The notes: a model not told the origin generated them from the sequence alone. DNA of 64,000 bases from Candidatus Bathyarchaeota archaeon (GCA_963707955.1 OY970176.1:192001-256000), one strand, 5' to 3'. Counted from the first letter of the stretch, positions 40,972 to 51,856 are shown. A program made the numbers and translations.

Positions 40972-41576
40972 AGGAGTTCAACGTCGTTCTGGCCGGCGTT
41001 GGCGGGCAAGGCACGCTCTTGGCGGCTGAGGCCATAGGCGTGGCCGCCGTTAAGGATGAACTGAACGTCAGGGTGAGCGAGATCCATGGTATGGCCCAAC
41101 GGGGCGGAGCAGTCGTTTCAACAGTGAGAATAGGCGAAGACGCTCTGTCTTCAACAGTGTTGGATGGACAAGCAGACGTGCTTTTGGGATTTGAGCCCTT
41201 TGAAACGCTTCGGAACCTGAAGTACGCTTCGGAAAAGACGTTGGTCATGATGAGCACGGAAAGGATTCCGCCAACGGAATTAGCCGCGAAGAACGTGAAA
41301 TATCCAAGCATAGAAAAACTCGTTGAGAAGGTTCAAATCTTCACTTGCCACGTACTTCTCGTTGATGCGCCACGGTTAGCTAAGAAAGCTGGAAGCAGTC
41401 TTGCACAGAATGTTGTGCTGCTCGGGGCTTTGGCCGGCACTGGGGTGTTGCCTGTGAAGACTGAAAGCCTGAAGGAAGCCGTCCGGGAGCTTGTTCCAGC
41501 AAAACACTTGGAGATGAACCTCAGAGCCTTCGAGCTGGGCCTGGAAAGCGTGACGGTGGAAAAGAAGAAGACTTAG
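40968..41576 (+). CDS. iorB: Indolepyruvate:ferredoxin oxidoreductase beta subunit
   Basis: GVGGQG, SEIHGMAQRGG. ATGA overlap with iorA. Confidence 0.95.
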   Translation: MKEFNVVLAGVGGQGTLLAAEAIGVAAVKDELNVRVSEIHGMAQRGGAVVSTVRIGEDALSSTVLDGQADVLLGFEPFETLRNLKYASEKTLVMMSTERIPPTELAAKNVKYPSIEKLVEKVQIFTCHVLLVDAPRLAKKAGSSLAQNVVLLGALAGTGVLPVKTESLKEAVRELVPAKHLEMNLRAFELGLESVTVEKKKT

Positions 41577-41938
41577 GTGTCTTCAGGTTTCGAAGATGCT
41601 GTGCTTGTCTTCTCGTTTTCCAGTATGGCTTTTAGCATGCTCTGATATAGCTTCATGTCGGAAACGTCGACCACCGGGATCTGGAAGCTCTTGTCTATCT
41701 CGTAGAGTTTTTCATACTTCGGAAACTTCACGTAGCAGACCTGGCTTACAGGAAACTCTTTCTTCTTCAACTCCTGCTCGAAGGATTTCTCGTAGACTTC
41801 TAAGCATAGAAGATAGCCGTCTATCCAGTACAGCCTGTTCGCACCGTAGGTTGCTGCGCACCACGCGATGTTCTCTCTCGACCGGTTATCCAAGCCTAGA
41901 AGGCAAATCTTCTTCGTCGGACTGATTTCAACATCCAT
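41573..41938 (-). CDS. Hypothetical protein
   Basis: 121-aa ORF directly downstream of xpf on the same strand. Confidence 0.7.
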   Translation of the reverse strand: MDVEISPTKKICLLGLDNRSRENIAWCAATYGANRLYWIDGYLLCLEVYEKSFEQELKKKEFPVSQVCYVKFPKYEKLYEIDKSFQIPVVDVSDMKLYQSMLKAILENEKTSTASSKPEDT

Positions 41939-41944
41939 GTCTGT

Positions 41945-42655
41945 TCACTCCCTGAACTGCGTATTCAACACTTCTTTAACCTTGCTGCTTATCTTCGGGC
42001 CAAGTCCGTGCACAGTTTCGGACCAGTCGTCAACGTTTATCACAGCGTTCAAAGGAGTCTGATAGCACTTGAGTATTGCCAGGGCTTTCTCTCTGCCAAC
42101 GTTGGGCAGGCTGGCCAAAAAGTAGACCTGAGCGTCTGCCGTTGTGTCAACTCTTTTGAAGGGGTGAACCGTCGGTGCCCGTTTCTCAATTATCTGCTCT
42201 TGCCGTGCGGCCACATAGAGGAAGTCAACAGTCTCCTTGTAAGACGTCGTGTTTATTATGGCCACACCGTTTCTGGCCAAGTTGAACATCGCACCCCAAA
42301 CTGACGCGGGCTGGATCCTGCTGTACTTATAGATTATAGGCAGGTAGCCCTCTAGCAATATGATGCTTTTCGGATAGACCTCCTTAAGCCTGAACAGCTG
42401 CTCGAAAAGAAAACGCCGCGTGAGAGTGTAAACAAAATCTTGAACAGTCTTCCTCTCAACGGCACACACGTCAGACAAAACATAGTCACCCTTCTCCAAA
42501 ACCTCAGTCTTCACCGTCACACCGCGCTCTCTAAGCCCCTTAACAATCTTCGACGCAGTGCTTGCCTCGCGACTATCCACAATAATCGTCGGCTGCTCCT
42601 GCTCTGCCCGTTTCTTCTCTCGCAAATAAGGAAGCAAGCTTTCAGTTCCGGACAT
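41945..42655 (-). CDS. xpf: Short XPF/ERCC4 structure-specific endonuclease
   Basis: VDSRE, GDY, VERKT..DF, and two HhH motifs (LPNVG, V.GLGPK). Confidence 0.92.
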   Translation of the reverse strand: MSGTESLLPYLREKKRAEQEQPTIIVDSREASTASKIVKGLRERGVTVKTEVLEKGDYVLSDVCAVERKTVQDFVYTLTRRFLFEQLFRLKEVYPKSIILLEGYLPIIYKYSRIQPASVWGAMFNLARNGVAIINTTSYKETVDFLYVAARQEQIIEKRAPTVHPFKRVDTTADAQVYFLASLPNVGREKALAILKCYQTPLNAVINVDDWSETVHGLGPKISSKVKEVLNTQFRE

Positions 42656-42790
42656 GCGTTCAACCAACAGAAAATACCTCAACTCACACCGTCTTATTTG
42701 GGTTTGCTGTCCTTAGAAGAAAGAGACAGGCACGTTAGCAACGTCCGAGCGGAACAGATGAAATCAGAAGACGGCGTGAAGCAAAAGTAA

Positions 42791-42975
42791 ATTGCGTTGA
42801 AAAAAGACAACCCTTGCCTGGGCTCCACCCAAAGCGCTACGCACAAAGTCGTCTTCATGCCCGCGAGAAGTCAGTAGGGCCTTGCCCAACGCCTGCGTGC
42901 AGTACTAGTACCCTAGGGGGGGAGGGTGGAATAGACGGGGCCAAAACGCGAATACAGGGATGTAGCGTATTCCAC
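42791..42975. repeat. Dispersed structured repeat family A, copy 1
   Basis: Core 42888-42975 is nearly identical to the reverse complement of 53576-53668. Contains palindromes GTACTAGTAC and CCCTAGGG and a G-run. Confidence 0.85.
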
Positions 42976-43011
42976 AAGCGCTGAGCGCAGAGAAAAAATG
43001 GGACTTCGCGT

Positions 43012-44103
43012 TTAGAAAGTTGTGAAGCCACTGACCGTTTTCTTGTCGAACCTTTTGACCAGTTCCAGCGTCAGCTTTGTGGCGTTTTCCACGTCTTCAA
43101 AGCTCAGGATGCCGACGTGAGAGTGGATGTGGCGGGTTGGCACGCCTATAACTATGCTCGGGCATCCCGCTCTGCTCATGTGAATCCTGCCTGCGTCCGA
43201 TCCTCCTCCTGCGACCAACGAGAGCTGGTAAGGAATCTTCAGCTTCTTCGCAGTGTCTATAACGAACTGCTTCAACGCCTGGTTCGGAATCATAGAACTG
43301 TCAAACGTTAGTACCGAAGGGCCCTTGCCCATTCTAGCCGGTGCCTCCTGAGGCTGAACTCCTGGAACGTCACCTGCGATGTCAACTTCCAGCACGACAG
43401 CTACGTCTGGGTCAACGATGTGAGAAACCGTCGCTGCACCCCTCGCTCCGACTTCTTCCTGCGCCGTGGCCGCGCCGTAAACCGTGTTCGGATGCTTGAC
43501 CTTCTCCTCTGAAAGATTGCGCACAACTTCCATGGCGATGAACGCGCCTATCCTGTCGTCAAAAGCCTTTCCCATCCCAAGCTTGCCGCCGCGTATAGTC
43601 GAGAAACCCGAATAAGGCACAACTGGGTCGCCTATCTTGACGCCCACAGCCTCAGCTTCCTTCTTGCTCGTCGCACCGACGTCAATGTACATCATCTTCT
43701 TCTCAACCACCTTCTTCTGCTCCTCAGGCGGCAGCAGATGCGGCGGTTTCGCTGCGATCACGCCGTGCAGGTCTCCCTTCTCGGTTCTCACTACCACGCG
43801 CTGAGACAGTAGAACTTGGTCCCACCATCCGCCCAACGGGTTGAACGTCAGGAAGCCAGTTTTATCATCTATGCCCGAAACGACGAACCCAACCTCATCA
43901 ATGTGCCCGCAAAGCAGAACACGAGGCTGCTCCGCTGTTCCTCTTTGAGTGAAGATAACCGAACCAAGCTTATCCGTGGTCACCTCGTCAGCATACGCTT
44001 TGACAGCCTTCTTCACGATCGCCGCCGTCTCAACCTCAAACCCAGCCGGTCCGAAGGACTCAAGCATTTCTTTCAAAAGATCCAGAGACCTCTTGTCTAT
44101 CAT
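43012..44103 (-). CDS. M42 family aminopeptidase (TET-like)
   Basis: GHIDEVG, KAFDDRIG, QEEVG.RGA, GGSDAG, RHIHS. Confidence 0.95.
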   Translation of the reverse strand: MIDKRSLDLLKEMLESFGPAGFEVETAAIVKKAVKAYADEVTTDKLGSVIFTQRGTAEQPRVLLCGHIDEVGFVVSGIDDKTGFLTFNPLGGWWDQVLLSQRVVVRTEKGDLHGVIAAKPPHLLPPEEQKKVVEKKMMYIDVGATSKKEAEAVGVKIGDPVVPYSGFSTIRGGKLGMGKAFDDRIGAFIAMEVVRNLSEEKVKHPNTVYGAATAQEEVGARGAATVSHIVDPDVAVVLEVDIAGDVPGVQPQEAPARMGKGPSVLTFDSSMIPNQALKQFVIDTAKKLKIPYQLSLVAGGGSDAGRIHMSRAGCPSIVIGVPTRHIHSHVGILSFEDVENATKLTLELVKRFDKKTVSGFTTF

Positions 44104-44325
44104 GTTTCATTTCGCACCTTAACATTGAATTGTGGTCTCTCTATATAGCTCTATATTTATGTGCGTTGTGTCCACACATCCTGAGCTTGCATCAGTCAAA
44201 GATTGCGCCGCCTCGCCTGTGCTGAAAAAAGGGGTTACTCTCACAGACTTTTTCACTAATTCCCTGCAAAACTCAGTTATATATAGAACGTCCAGAGTTC
44301 TGCAAACAATCAGGGGCTGGCGTCT

Positions 44326-44889
44326 TTGAACCACCGCAGGTTCTATGGTGATGAAACGGAAAGGCGAAAGTGGCAGAATCCTGAAGCCATCCTGACTGCC
44401 ATCGGTTTGAAACCCGGTTTCACTTTCATCGATGTTGGGTGTGGAGAGGGCTTTTTCGCTATTCCAGCCGCGAAAATCGTCGGCAAGAAAGGCAGAGTGT
44501 ACGCTTTAGACCTCGACGAGGATGCGATCACAGAGTTGAAGAAAAAAGCCGCAAGAGAAGGCTTGAAAAACCTCAATGCAGTGGTCGGCGGGGCTGAAGA
44601 CACGGTCTTCTGTGAAGCCTGCGCAGACATTGTTTTCTTCGGCATCGTCCTCCACGACTTCAGCATGCCAGCTAAGGTCTTGGCAAATGCTAAGACTATG
44701 CTCAAACCTGCAGGACGACTTGTTGATCTAGACTGGAAAAAAGAACTCACGGACTTCGGTCCACCGTTACAAAAACGTTTCAGTGAGGAACAGGCCTCCA
44801 ACCTGATCAGAGAGGCAGGCTTCAAAGTGGAACAGGCAAAGCAAGCTGGACCCTCCCACTATATCATCATCGCAACCCATCGAGCTTAA
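44326..44889 (+). CDS. Class I SAM-dependent methyltransferase
   Basis: WQNPE, DVGCGEG, YALD, LKPAG.L..LDW, GPP. Confidence 0.9.
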   Translation: MNHRRFYGDETERRKWQNPEAILTAIGLKPGFTFIDVGCGEGFFAIPAAKIVGKKGRVYALDLDEDAITELKKKAAREGLKNLNAVVGGAEDTVFCEACADIVFFGIVLHDFSMPAKVLANAKTMLKPAGRLVDLDWKKELTDFGPPLQKRFSEEQASNLIREAGFKVEQAKQAGPSHYIIIATHRA

Positions 44890-45058
44890 GACGGTCCAGA
44901 AAAAAGCGTCCACGCCAAAGCCTCAACTGACCTGTGAACCTTGATTTGAACGGTGTTTCGCTCAGTTTTCTCTTCAGCCTCAAATAAGTTGACGAATAGG
45001 ATGCGAAAAGATGACTCAAACGCGGTTTGGACTATGCTACAAAAAAGATGGGAGAAAA

Positions 45059-46363
45059 TTATGGCCCTTTCTTCGTGATCTCCTTGACGATGCCTGCGGC
45101 CACTGTGGTGCCCATGTCTCTGACTGCGAAGCGTCCCAGCTCTTCGAAATCGGCGAAGGTTTCTATGGAAATGGGGTGAAGCGGCTCCATCTTGACTATT
45201 GCAGCGTCTCCGGTTTTTAGGAAGGCAGGTTTTTCCTCGACAACTTGTCCGGTTCGTGGGTCGATCTTTCTTATGAGCTCTGTGAGCTTGCACGCAACCT
45301 GCCCTGTGTGATAGTGCAGCACTGGTGTGTAGCCTGCTGCGACGGCTGTCGGGTGATAGATCACAATTATTTGTCCGATGAACTCTTTGGCCACCGTCGG
45401 CGGGTTTGCGACGTGTCCACACACATCTCCGCGGTGGATGTCCGTTTTAGCTACGCCTCTGATGTTGAAGCCTATGTTGTCGCCTGGTTCAGCTTTCGGA
45501 ATCCTTTCGTGGTGCATTTCCAGAGATTTAACGTCGCCCTGTTTGTTGCTTGGCATGAAGATGACAACATCGTTTTCTTTGATCACGCCTGTTTCGACTC
45601 TGCCGACGGGAACAGTGCCCACACCTGTTATGCTGTACACGTCTTGAATTGGAACTCTCAACGGCTTGTTCGTGGGTTTAGAAGGCACTTCAAACATGTC
45701 CAACGCTTCAATGAGTGTTGGTCCTGTGTACCATGGCATGTGTTCGCTTTTCTTCACCAGGTTCTCTCCTGTCCAGCCTGATGTCGGGACGAACGGAATC
45801 TTGTCAACCTTGAAACCCACCATTTTGAGCATTCTGCCTACTTCGTTCTTGATCTCGTTGTATCGGTCTTGGCTGTAGTTAACTGAAACGTCGTCCATCT
45901 TGTTGACGGCAACGATCAGTTGGCGAACACCCAGAGTGAAGGCCAAGAACGCGTGTTCCCTGGTCTGGCCGCCTGGTCCTATACCAGCCTCGAATTCTCC
46001 TCTTCTGGAAGAGCAGAACAGTATAGCTCCGTCAGCTTGGCTTGCGCCAGTAATCATGTTTTTGACGAAGTCTCTGTGACCCGGCGCATCTATGACGGTG
46101 AAGTAATACCTCTTCGTCTCAAACTTCAGAAACCTAAGGTCTATCGTCAAGCCTCTTTCTCGTTCCTCTTTAAGGTTGTCCAGCACCCATGCAAACTTGA
46201 AGCTCTCTTTTCCTGCTAACTTGGCTTCCTCTTCGAACTGCTTTATTGTTCGCTCATCAACTGCTCCTGCGAGATAGAGCAGGTGTCCTGTTGTGGTTGA
46301 TTTTCCGTGGTCCACGTGTCCCATGATCACGAGGTTCATGTGCGGCTTCCCAACTTTGCTCAT
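45059..46363 (-). CDS. tuf: Translation elongation factor EF-1alpha
   Basis: [39 protein letters not shown]. Confidence 0.98.
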   Translation of the reverse strand: MSKVGKPHMNLVIMGHVDHGKSTTTGHLLYLAGAVDERTIKQFEEEAKLAGKESFKFAWVLDNLKEERERGLTIDLRFLKFETKRYYFTVIDAPGHRDFVKNMITGASQADGAILFCSSRRGEFEAGIGPGGQTREHAFLAFTLGVRQLIVAVNKMDDVSVNYSQDRYNEIKNEVGRMLKMVGFKVDKIPFVPTSGWTGENLVKKSEHMPWYTGPTLIEALDMFEVPSKPTNKPLRVPIQDVYSITGVGTVPVGRVETGVIKENDVVIFMPSNKQGDVKSLEMHHERIPKAEPGDNIGFNIRGVAKTDIHRGDVCGHVANPPTVAKEFIGQIIVIYHPTAVAAGYTPVLHYHTGQVACKLTELIRKIDPRTGQVVEEKPAFLKTGDAAIVKMEPLHPISIETFADFEELGRFAVRDMGTTVAAGIVKEITKKGP

Positions 46364-46476
46364 TTCTTCTCCTCCTGTTTTCTGAAATCTCCATCAAATT
46401 TTGGTGAATTCGTTTACACAACTGTTCATTCAGTTATTTTAAGTTTATCATATTCGGCTGAATGTTCGTTTGGCGT

Positions 46477-46692
46477 TTAGGAACCATATACGGAAAATCT
46501 TTTCGGTCTTCGGTAATAGCTGACATACGTTTCTCCTATTTTGCGCTCGTCGTATTTCTGAAAGCCAGCTACCCCCAACTTCCTGATTTCTTCTTCGGTT
46601 GTGGCCGTGGCAACTTCAAACTTGTCGTCCTTGATATTGATCATGCTGACGTATTTCATTGTTTTTTCAATTCACTTGTGTCCGAGTAGCCT
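46477..46692 (-). pseudogene. C-terminal remnant of a tyrosine recombinase/integrase
   Basis: RLLGHK*IEKTMKYVSMI..KDDKFEVATATT.EE...L...GFQKYDE. LGH...T..Y catalytic box II with a stop at 46672. Confidence 0.75.
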
Positions 46693-46755
46693 TGCACTAT
46701 GCAAAGATTCCGAAAATGCCTAGACCATTTTGCGAAAAATGTTGGTGCCAAGGAC

Positions 46756-47310
46756 TTAGCCTCGTAATTTTGGAGGCTTTTTGTATATCTCCTCTCGCCA
46801 TTTTCGTTCCCAGCTAGCCCATCCTGTCTTCACAAGGCTTTCTCTTAGATTGGGTCTTTCAGCAACCCACTCCAGTAACGTCCAGAAGCGTGTCTTATCT
46901 CTAAGTATTTCTTCTGGGACTCCTTCTTCAACACACCATCTTACGTAGCCTCTATCAACCATATCCTTCAGCTCGCCTGTGTTTTCTACCGTTTGAACGT
47001 TGAACCCTCTGTTTTGCAGGTGTTTCCGAACGCTGGACAGAACATATTCTGAACACACTTTGAAACAAGTTCCGACTTCAGGCTGCATGACCTGGATTAT
47101 CTCGTCGGCAATTTTCACAGCGTCATCCAAGTATTTCTTGTTCTGGAATTCTGGCGGCTGAAAGGACGAGACTGGGATTCTGCGTTCCATGAGCATTGGG
47201 TTTGGAGGGCAAAGCGCCCCCACTACCACACCCAATAACAGGTCGCCCCATCCTACGGCGTCCACTAGAATCTCCTTCCCAGAAAAATAACAGTCCAACG
47301 CCAAAGACAA
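46756..47310 (-). CDS. Hypothetical protein (possible RNase H-like N-terminus)
   Basis: ILVDAVGWGDLLLGVVVG resembles the first strands of RNase HII-like folds. Weak call. Confidence 0.55.
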   Translation of the reverse strand: MSLALDCYFSGKEILVDAVGWGDLLLGVVVGALCPPNPMLMERRIPVSSFQPPEFQNKKYLDDAVKIADEIIQVMQPEVGTCFKVCSEYVLSSVRKHLQNRGFNVQTVENTGELKDMVDRGYVRWCVEEGVPEEILRDKTRFWTLLEWVAERPNLRESLVKTGWASWERKWREEIYKKPPKLRG

Positions 47311-47399
47311 TCACCGAGGATTCAAACACGCTATATTTGGTGTATTTGTTTTTCTATTTTTTGTCTCAAATCGACCGATTCTGCACATCGCAGACTGAA

Positions 47400-48131
47400 T
47401 TACCATTCGTCCCGCTTGCTAATCACATCTTTCTTCATTGTGTCTTCAATTTCTCGGTAGATGTCTTTTTCACTGTCTGAGACAACAGCTATGCCCTCAC
47501 CTTCAATCCTCTTGACTATTGGGACTTTTTTCAGTCTGGATTCTCGTTTCTGTGGGAGATATTCGATCGTTGCCTCTTTCAAGGTGTAAGCACATATCTG
47601 TCCAGAAGACGACAGTTCGTACATTTCAACTTTGACCGCGTGAGGTCCTGGTTCCATTCCATTCAGGTCGAGTGTTGCCTTCAACGTAAACTCGTCGGTT
47701 GTGCCAAAACTATGCAGGATGTCAAATAGAACGGATTTAGTTCTTTTTTCGTCAAACCATAAGTCCGACTTTATCTTTGAAAAAGCATTCTTATCAGGAG
47801 CCGGCTTGAACTCAACGTCCAGAGTCAACTCATCCTCTTCCATCACTGAGCCAATCTTCGTAATGATGATTTGCTTGTTCTGTTTATCTGGCGTTTCAGC
47901 AAAAGAGGAAGGCAACAACTCTTCTTCTTCAGGCAGTTTTTTCTGAGGCTCCGCGGGCAGATTGTCCAATGTCAGTTGTTTACCTGTCTTGTAGCTTGCA
48001 CGCATTTTTTCTCTTTCATGTTTTGTTTTCTTTCTTCTACCCATAACAACGGGGTTCATATGATACAATAAGGATTCTCGATAAATATATCTGACCAGAA
48101 AAAGAGGGGATTGGGCGGGTAACGTCTCCAT
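47400..48131 (-). CDS. Hypothetical protein, true start probably downstream
   Basis: Long ORF with protein-like composition. Confidence 0.6.
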   Translation of the reverse strand: METLPAQSPLFLVRYIYRESLLYHMNPVVMGRRKKTKHEREKMRASYKTGKQLTLDNLPAEPQKKLPEEEELLPSSFAETPDKQNKQIIITKIGSVMEEDELTLDVEFKPAPDKNAFSKIKSDLWFDEKRTKSVLFDILHSFGTTDEFTLKATLDLNGMEPGPHAVKVEMYELSSSGQICAYTLKEATIEYLPQKRESRLKKVPIVKRIEGEGIAVVSDSEKDIYREIEDTMKKDVISKRDEW

Positions 48132-48236
48132 GTTCTGAACCTTATAAGTCTATGATAAACAAAAATACTGAAATGCCCCGCATCGGAACGAATATAAAAC
48201 TTGGTTTTTGAGTTATAACCTGGACGAGTTTAGGTT

Positions 48237-49413
48237 ATGCCAGCAAACTTGCCTCCTGACGCTAGAAAGAAATGGGCAGAGGTTGAAGCGACAAAGAAGC
48301 CGAAAGAAAGACTCCAGCGCATGGAAGAGTTTCTGAGTTTGGTGCCGAAGCACAAGGGCACCGCGAAGACCTGCGCACAGGTCAAGAAGCAGATGGCCGC
48401 CCTGCGGAGAGAGTTGGAAGACAAGAAGAGGAAGAAGACCGGAAAAAGCGGACCCAAACTTTTCATAGAAAAAGAAGGTGCCGCCCAAATAGCTTTGATA
48501 AGCCTAACAAAAGCCGGGAAGAGCAAGCTTGCTCTCGGCTGTTACCCACGCCAAGGTTGAAGTCTCAACCAATCCCTACACCACAAGGGAACCAGTGCCG
48601 GGAATAATGGATTATCAAGACATGCAGCTTCAAATCATTGAAGCTCCTGCACTTATTGAAGGAGCAGCGGACGGTCGGGCTTGGGGACCTAAGACTCTGG
48701 GCATCGCCCGGAACGCTGATGGGTTAATGCTTCTGGTCGACTTGTCGCAAGACCCCGTCAAGCAGATGTCTGTTATTTTGGATGAAATGGGCAAGGCCCG
48801 CATATCAACAAGCAAACCGAAGTCGAGGGTTGAGGTTGAAAGAAGGTTCATGGGAGCCGGCTTGCGAATCATACTTATGGGAAAGCTTCTGGACTGCACC
48901 TTCAAAGATGTTGAGGAGTTGCTCAAGAGCTACAACGTTAGAGACGGAGTCGTGAAGATACACGGTGAAGCCATGCTGGGCGAAGTTGAAGACGCGATTT
49001 TTGAAAGCACCGTGTACAAGGCGGCCGTAGTGGTTGCAAACAAAATCGACATCGACGGAGCTGAAGGAAATCTGAAGCTTCTCAAGGCCTACTTGGGGAA
49101 CAGGCTTCCGGTAGTCGCCGTTTCAAGCAAAAAAGGAACAGGTTTAAAGAACCTTGCCGAAACATTGGTTAAGGCATTGGAAATAATGCGAATCTACACA
49201 AAGGAACCTAATGAGAAGGAATACTCCAAGAAACCCTTTGTGCTTAGGAAGAACTCAACGATATATGATTTGGCGAAGAGCATTCACAGCGATTTCAAGG
49301 ATAATTTCAACTTTGCCAAGGTTTGGTCCAGCCGTCTTGTCTTCAGCCCTCAGAGGGTTGGGGCAAACTTCACTCTTGAGGATGGAGACGTCGTCGAGAT
49401 TCATTTAAAATAG
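48237..49413 (+). CDS. DRG/OBG-family GTPase with TGS domain, +1 frameshift near 48526
   Basis: MPANLPP, PKHKGT, AGKS[fs]LL, YTT, RNAD, NKID, IHSDF, GDVVEIH. Confidence 0.9.
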
Positions 49414-49429
49414 AACCGCGAAACCTGCG

Positions 49430-50023
49430 CTATCTTGACGCCTGAGCTATTCTTTCGATTTCGTTGCGCTTTGCAACAGCAAAGCTTTTCATGTCGTTGT
49501 TTCCCGCCATTATCAACTCTTCTGCCAAACACTCCTCTGCTGAACGAGGGTTGTTTATTGAAGCCTGTCTGGCTCCCTCGGTTATGTTTCTCAGTGCGAG
49601 GTCGATTCTTCTCTGCGGAGCAACGTCCACGGAAAGATGGTACACGATGCCACCGTAACTGATCCTTGTCGTGTCCTCACATGGAGCAGAATTCTCCACA
49701 GCTTTTACCAAAACTTCAACAGGGTTTTTGCCAGTGCGAAGGTTAATTATCTCAAAAGCGTTTCTCGCCATGCTTATGACTCTGGCCTTTTTCCCAGAGT
49801 TCTTTCCAGGTCGCATCATATCGTTTATCAGCCTTTCCACGATGCTGACGCTTGCTTTCCGAAAACGCTTGTGCTCATGTCTCCCCATGCTGTGAGGAAT
49901 GACAATTGGTCTGAGTGAAATATATCTCTGCAGCCCGGCGTCTCTGACTTCCACACCCTTGAAGCTCCATTTCGCGAAAAGCTTGATCTCTTTTTCCGGT
50001 TTCTCCGCTTGCTTCTGACTCAA
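49430..50023 (-). CDS. rps7: 30S ribosomal protein uS7
   Basis: LF.KW, PHS.GRH, IVERL, NP..VLV.AVEN.AP.ED, VD.AP.RR.D.ALR. Confidence 0.97.
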   Translation of the reverse strand: MSQKQAEKPEKEIKLFAKWSFKGVEVRDAGLQRYISLRPIVIPHSMGRHEHKRFRKASVSIVERLINDMMRPGKNSGKKARVISMARNAFEIINLRTGKNPVEVLVKAVENSAPCEDTTRISYGGIVYHLSVDVAPQRRIDLALRNITEGARQASINNPRSAEECLAEELIMAGNNDMKSFAVAKRNEIERIAQASR

Positions 50024-50028
50024 AATTT

Positions 50029-50469
50029 TCACCGAGCTGGCTTCTGCTTCCGCCCATAGACAAGTTCGTTGAGAGAAACGCCGTTGACCGTTATGACCTT
50101 CCACCGCACGCCTGGGATGTCGCCCATGCTTCTGCCTCGTGAACCTCCTATGCCTTCGACCAGGACCTCATCGTGCTCGTCAACAACGTTTAGAGCTCCG
50201 TCTCCAGGCAAAAAGGCAGTGATCGCTCGGCCATTCTTGATCAGCTGAGTTCTCACGCATTTCCTTATAGCGCTGTTGGGCTGCTTGCTTTCAACGCCCA
50301 CTTTTTCAAGAACGATGCCACGCCCCATGGGTGCTCCTTCAAGAGGATCAGCTTTAACGTCCAACCTCAGCATTCGACGTTTGTAGTACATGCTGCTCCA
50401 GCGATATTTCTTCCTTTTCTCCACAAGCGCTCTTGCGGCGAATTCGCCTCTTGGGGACTTGGAACCCAT
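50029..50469 (-). CDS. rps12: 30S ribosomal protein uS12
   Basis: [37 protein letters not shown]. Confidence 0.98.
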   Translation of the reverse strand: MGSKSPRGEFAARALVEKRKKYRWSSMYYKRRMLRLDVKADPLEGAPMGRGIVLEKVGVESKQPNSAIRKCVRTQLIKNGRAITAFLPGDGALNVVDEHDEVLVEGIGGSRGRSMGDIPGVRWKVITVNGVSLNELVYGRKQKPAR

Positions 50470-50612
50470 GCGTGGTTTCCTCTGGCTACGTCTAATCATC
50501 AGACTGATATTTAAACTGAGCTACACCATTCAGACCGCGCGTGTCATCTGACAGCGTTTGAAATCAAAGGCTTTAAGGAACCTGATTCCACCAATTGAGC
50601 ACAGAAGGGTGA

Positions 50613-51851
50613 GTGGCTTTGAGATACGTGGACTTTGTTGACTTGAAATACGCTCCTAAAGACACGGATGTCGTCTGCACGTTCATTGTTGAGCCAAACG
50701 GAGTGAGCATGAAAGAAGCGGCTGGAGCCGTTGCTGCTGAGAGTTCTATAGGAACGTGGACAGAACTCACAACCGTTAAGCCTTACGTTGACAAGCTTGC
50801 CGCTCATGTTTTCAGCGTACGGAACAGCGTAGTGAAAATTGCTTATCCAGCGGGGCTTTTCGAACTGGGAAACATGCCTAACATCCTGAGCAGCGTTTCG
50901 GGAAACGTTTTCGGGTTGAGAACCCTGGCGAATTTGAGGCTTGATGACATCAGCTTTCCCGAGAGTCTTGTCGGAAGCTTCAAAGGTCCAAGGTATGGTG
51001 TTGAGGGAATTCGAGAGCTTCTGAAAGTTTACGGTCGTCCGTTGTTGGGTACGATAATCAAGCCTAAGCTGGGTCTGAAAACCAGTGACCACGCCAAAGT
51101 GGCCTACGAAGCTTGGGTCGGTGGGTGCGACATGGTTAAGGATGATGAGAACCTGAGCGGCCAGAGTTTCAACCCTTTTGAAGCCCGTCTCGTGAAAACC
51201 TTAGAGAGCAGAGACAGGGCTGAGGAGGAGACGGGTGAGAGAAAGGTTTACATGGTGAATGTCACGGCTGAAACGGAGGAGATGCTTAGAAGAGCAGAAC
51301 TTGTTCTCAGGCAGGGCGGAGAGTACGTGATGATTGACATTTTGACGTGTGGTTTTGCGGCTTTGCAGACTTTTCGAGAGCAGGGCTTTAACCTTGTGAT
51401 TCACGCGCATAGAGCTGGGCATGCGGCCATTACGAGGAACTCGAAGCATGGTGTTTCGATGCGAGTGTTGGCCAAAGTCGCGAGAATGATAGGGGTGGAT
51501 CAGCTTCACGTTGGCACTGTTGTCGGAAAAATGTCTGAGACGAGGGAAGATGTGGCCGAAAACTGTGAGGCGCTGAAGACGGAGATGAGCGGTTTAAAAC
51601 CTGTGATGCCGGTGGCTTCTGGCGGTCTGCATCCTGGGCTAGTTCCAGCGTTGATGCGGTTCTTTGGAGAAGATTTCGTTATTCAAGCCGGAGGAGGCAT
51701 CCATGGCCACAGGGATGGCACGATATCAGGAGCCAGGGCGATGAGGCAGGCGGTTGAGGCCACGTTGGAAGGCACGTCTCTGAAGGATTTTGCTGAGAAC
51801 CATGCGGAACTGAGAGCGGCCCTTGAAACCTGGGGATGCAGCAGGCAGTAG
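50613..51851 (+). CDS. rbcL: RuBisCO large subunit, form III
   Basis: AESSIGTW, GNVFG, GTIIKPKLGL, KDDEN, HAHRA, VGKM, SGG, GGG..GH. Catalytic residues appear intact. Confidence 0.95.
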   Translation: MALRYVDFVDLKYAPKDTDVVCTFIVEPNGVSMKEAAGAVAAESSIGTWTELTTVKPYVDKLAAHVFSVRNSVVKIAYPAGLFELGNMPNILSSVSGNVFGLRTLANLRLDDISFPESLVGSFKGPRYGVEGIRELLKVYGRPLLGTIIKPKLGLKTSDHAKVAYEAWVGGCDMVKDDENLSGQSFNPFEARLVKTLESRDRAEEETGERKVYMVNVTAETEEMLRRAELVLRQGGEYVMIDILTCGFAALQTFREQGFNLVIHAHRAGHAAITRNSKHGVSMRVLAKVARMIGVDQLHVGTVVGKMSETREDVAENCEALKTEMSGLKPVMPVASGGLHPGLVPALMRFFGEDFVIQAGGGIHGHRDGTISGARAMRQAVEATLEGTSLKDFAENHAELRAALETWGCSRQ

Positions 51852-51856
51852 GTTGG

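Noticed and set aside
45245-46219. Long antisense ORFs over tuf, and similar ones over the lyase, iorA, rbcL and lipS2
   Set aside because: They are shadow frames of well-supported genes and carry no recognisable motifs.
50613-51851. RuBisCO as evidence of a Calvin cycle
   Set aside because: It is form III next to R15P isomerase, with no small subunit or phosphoribulokinase in the window.
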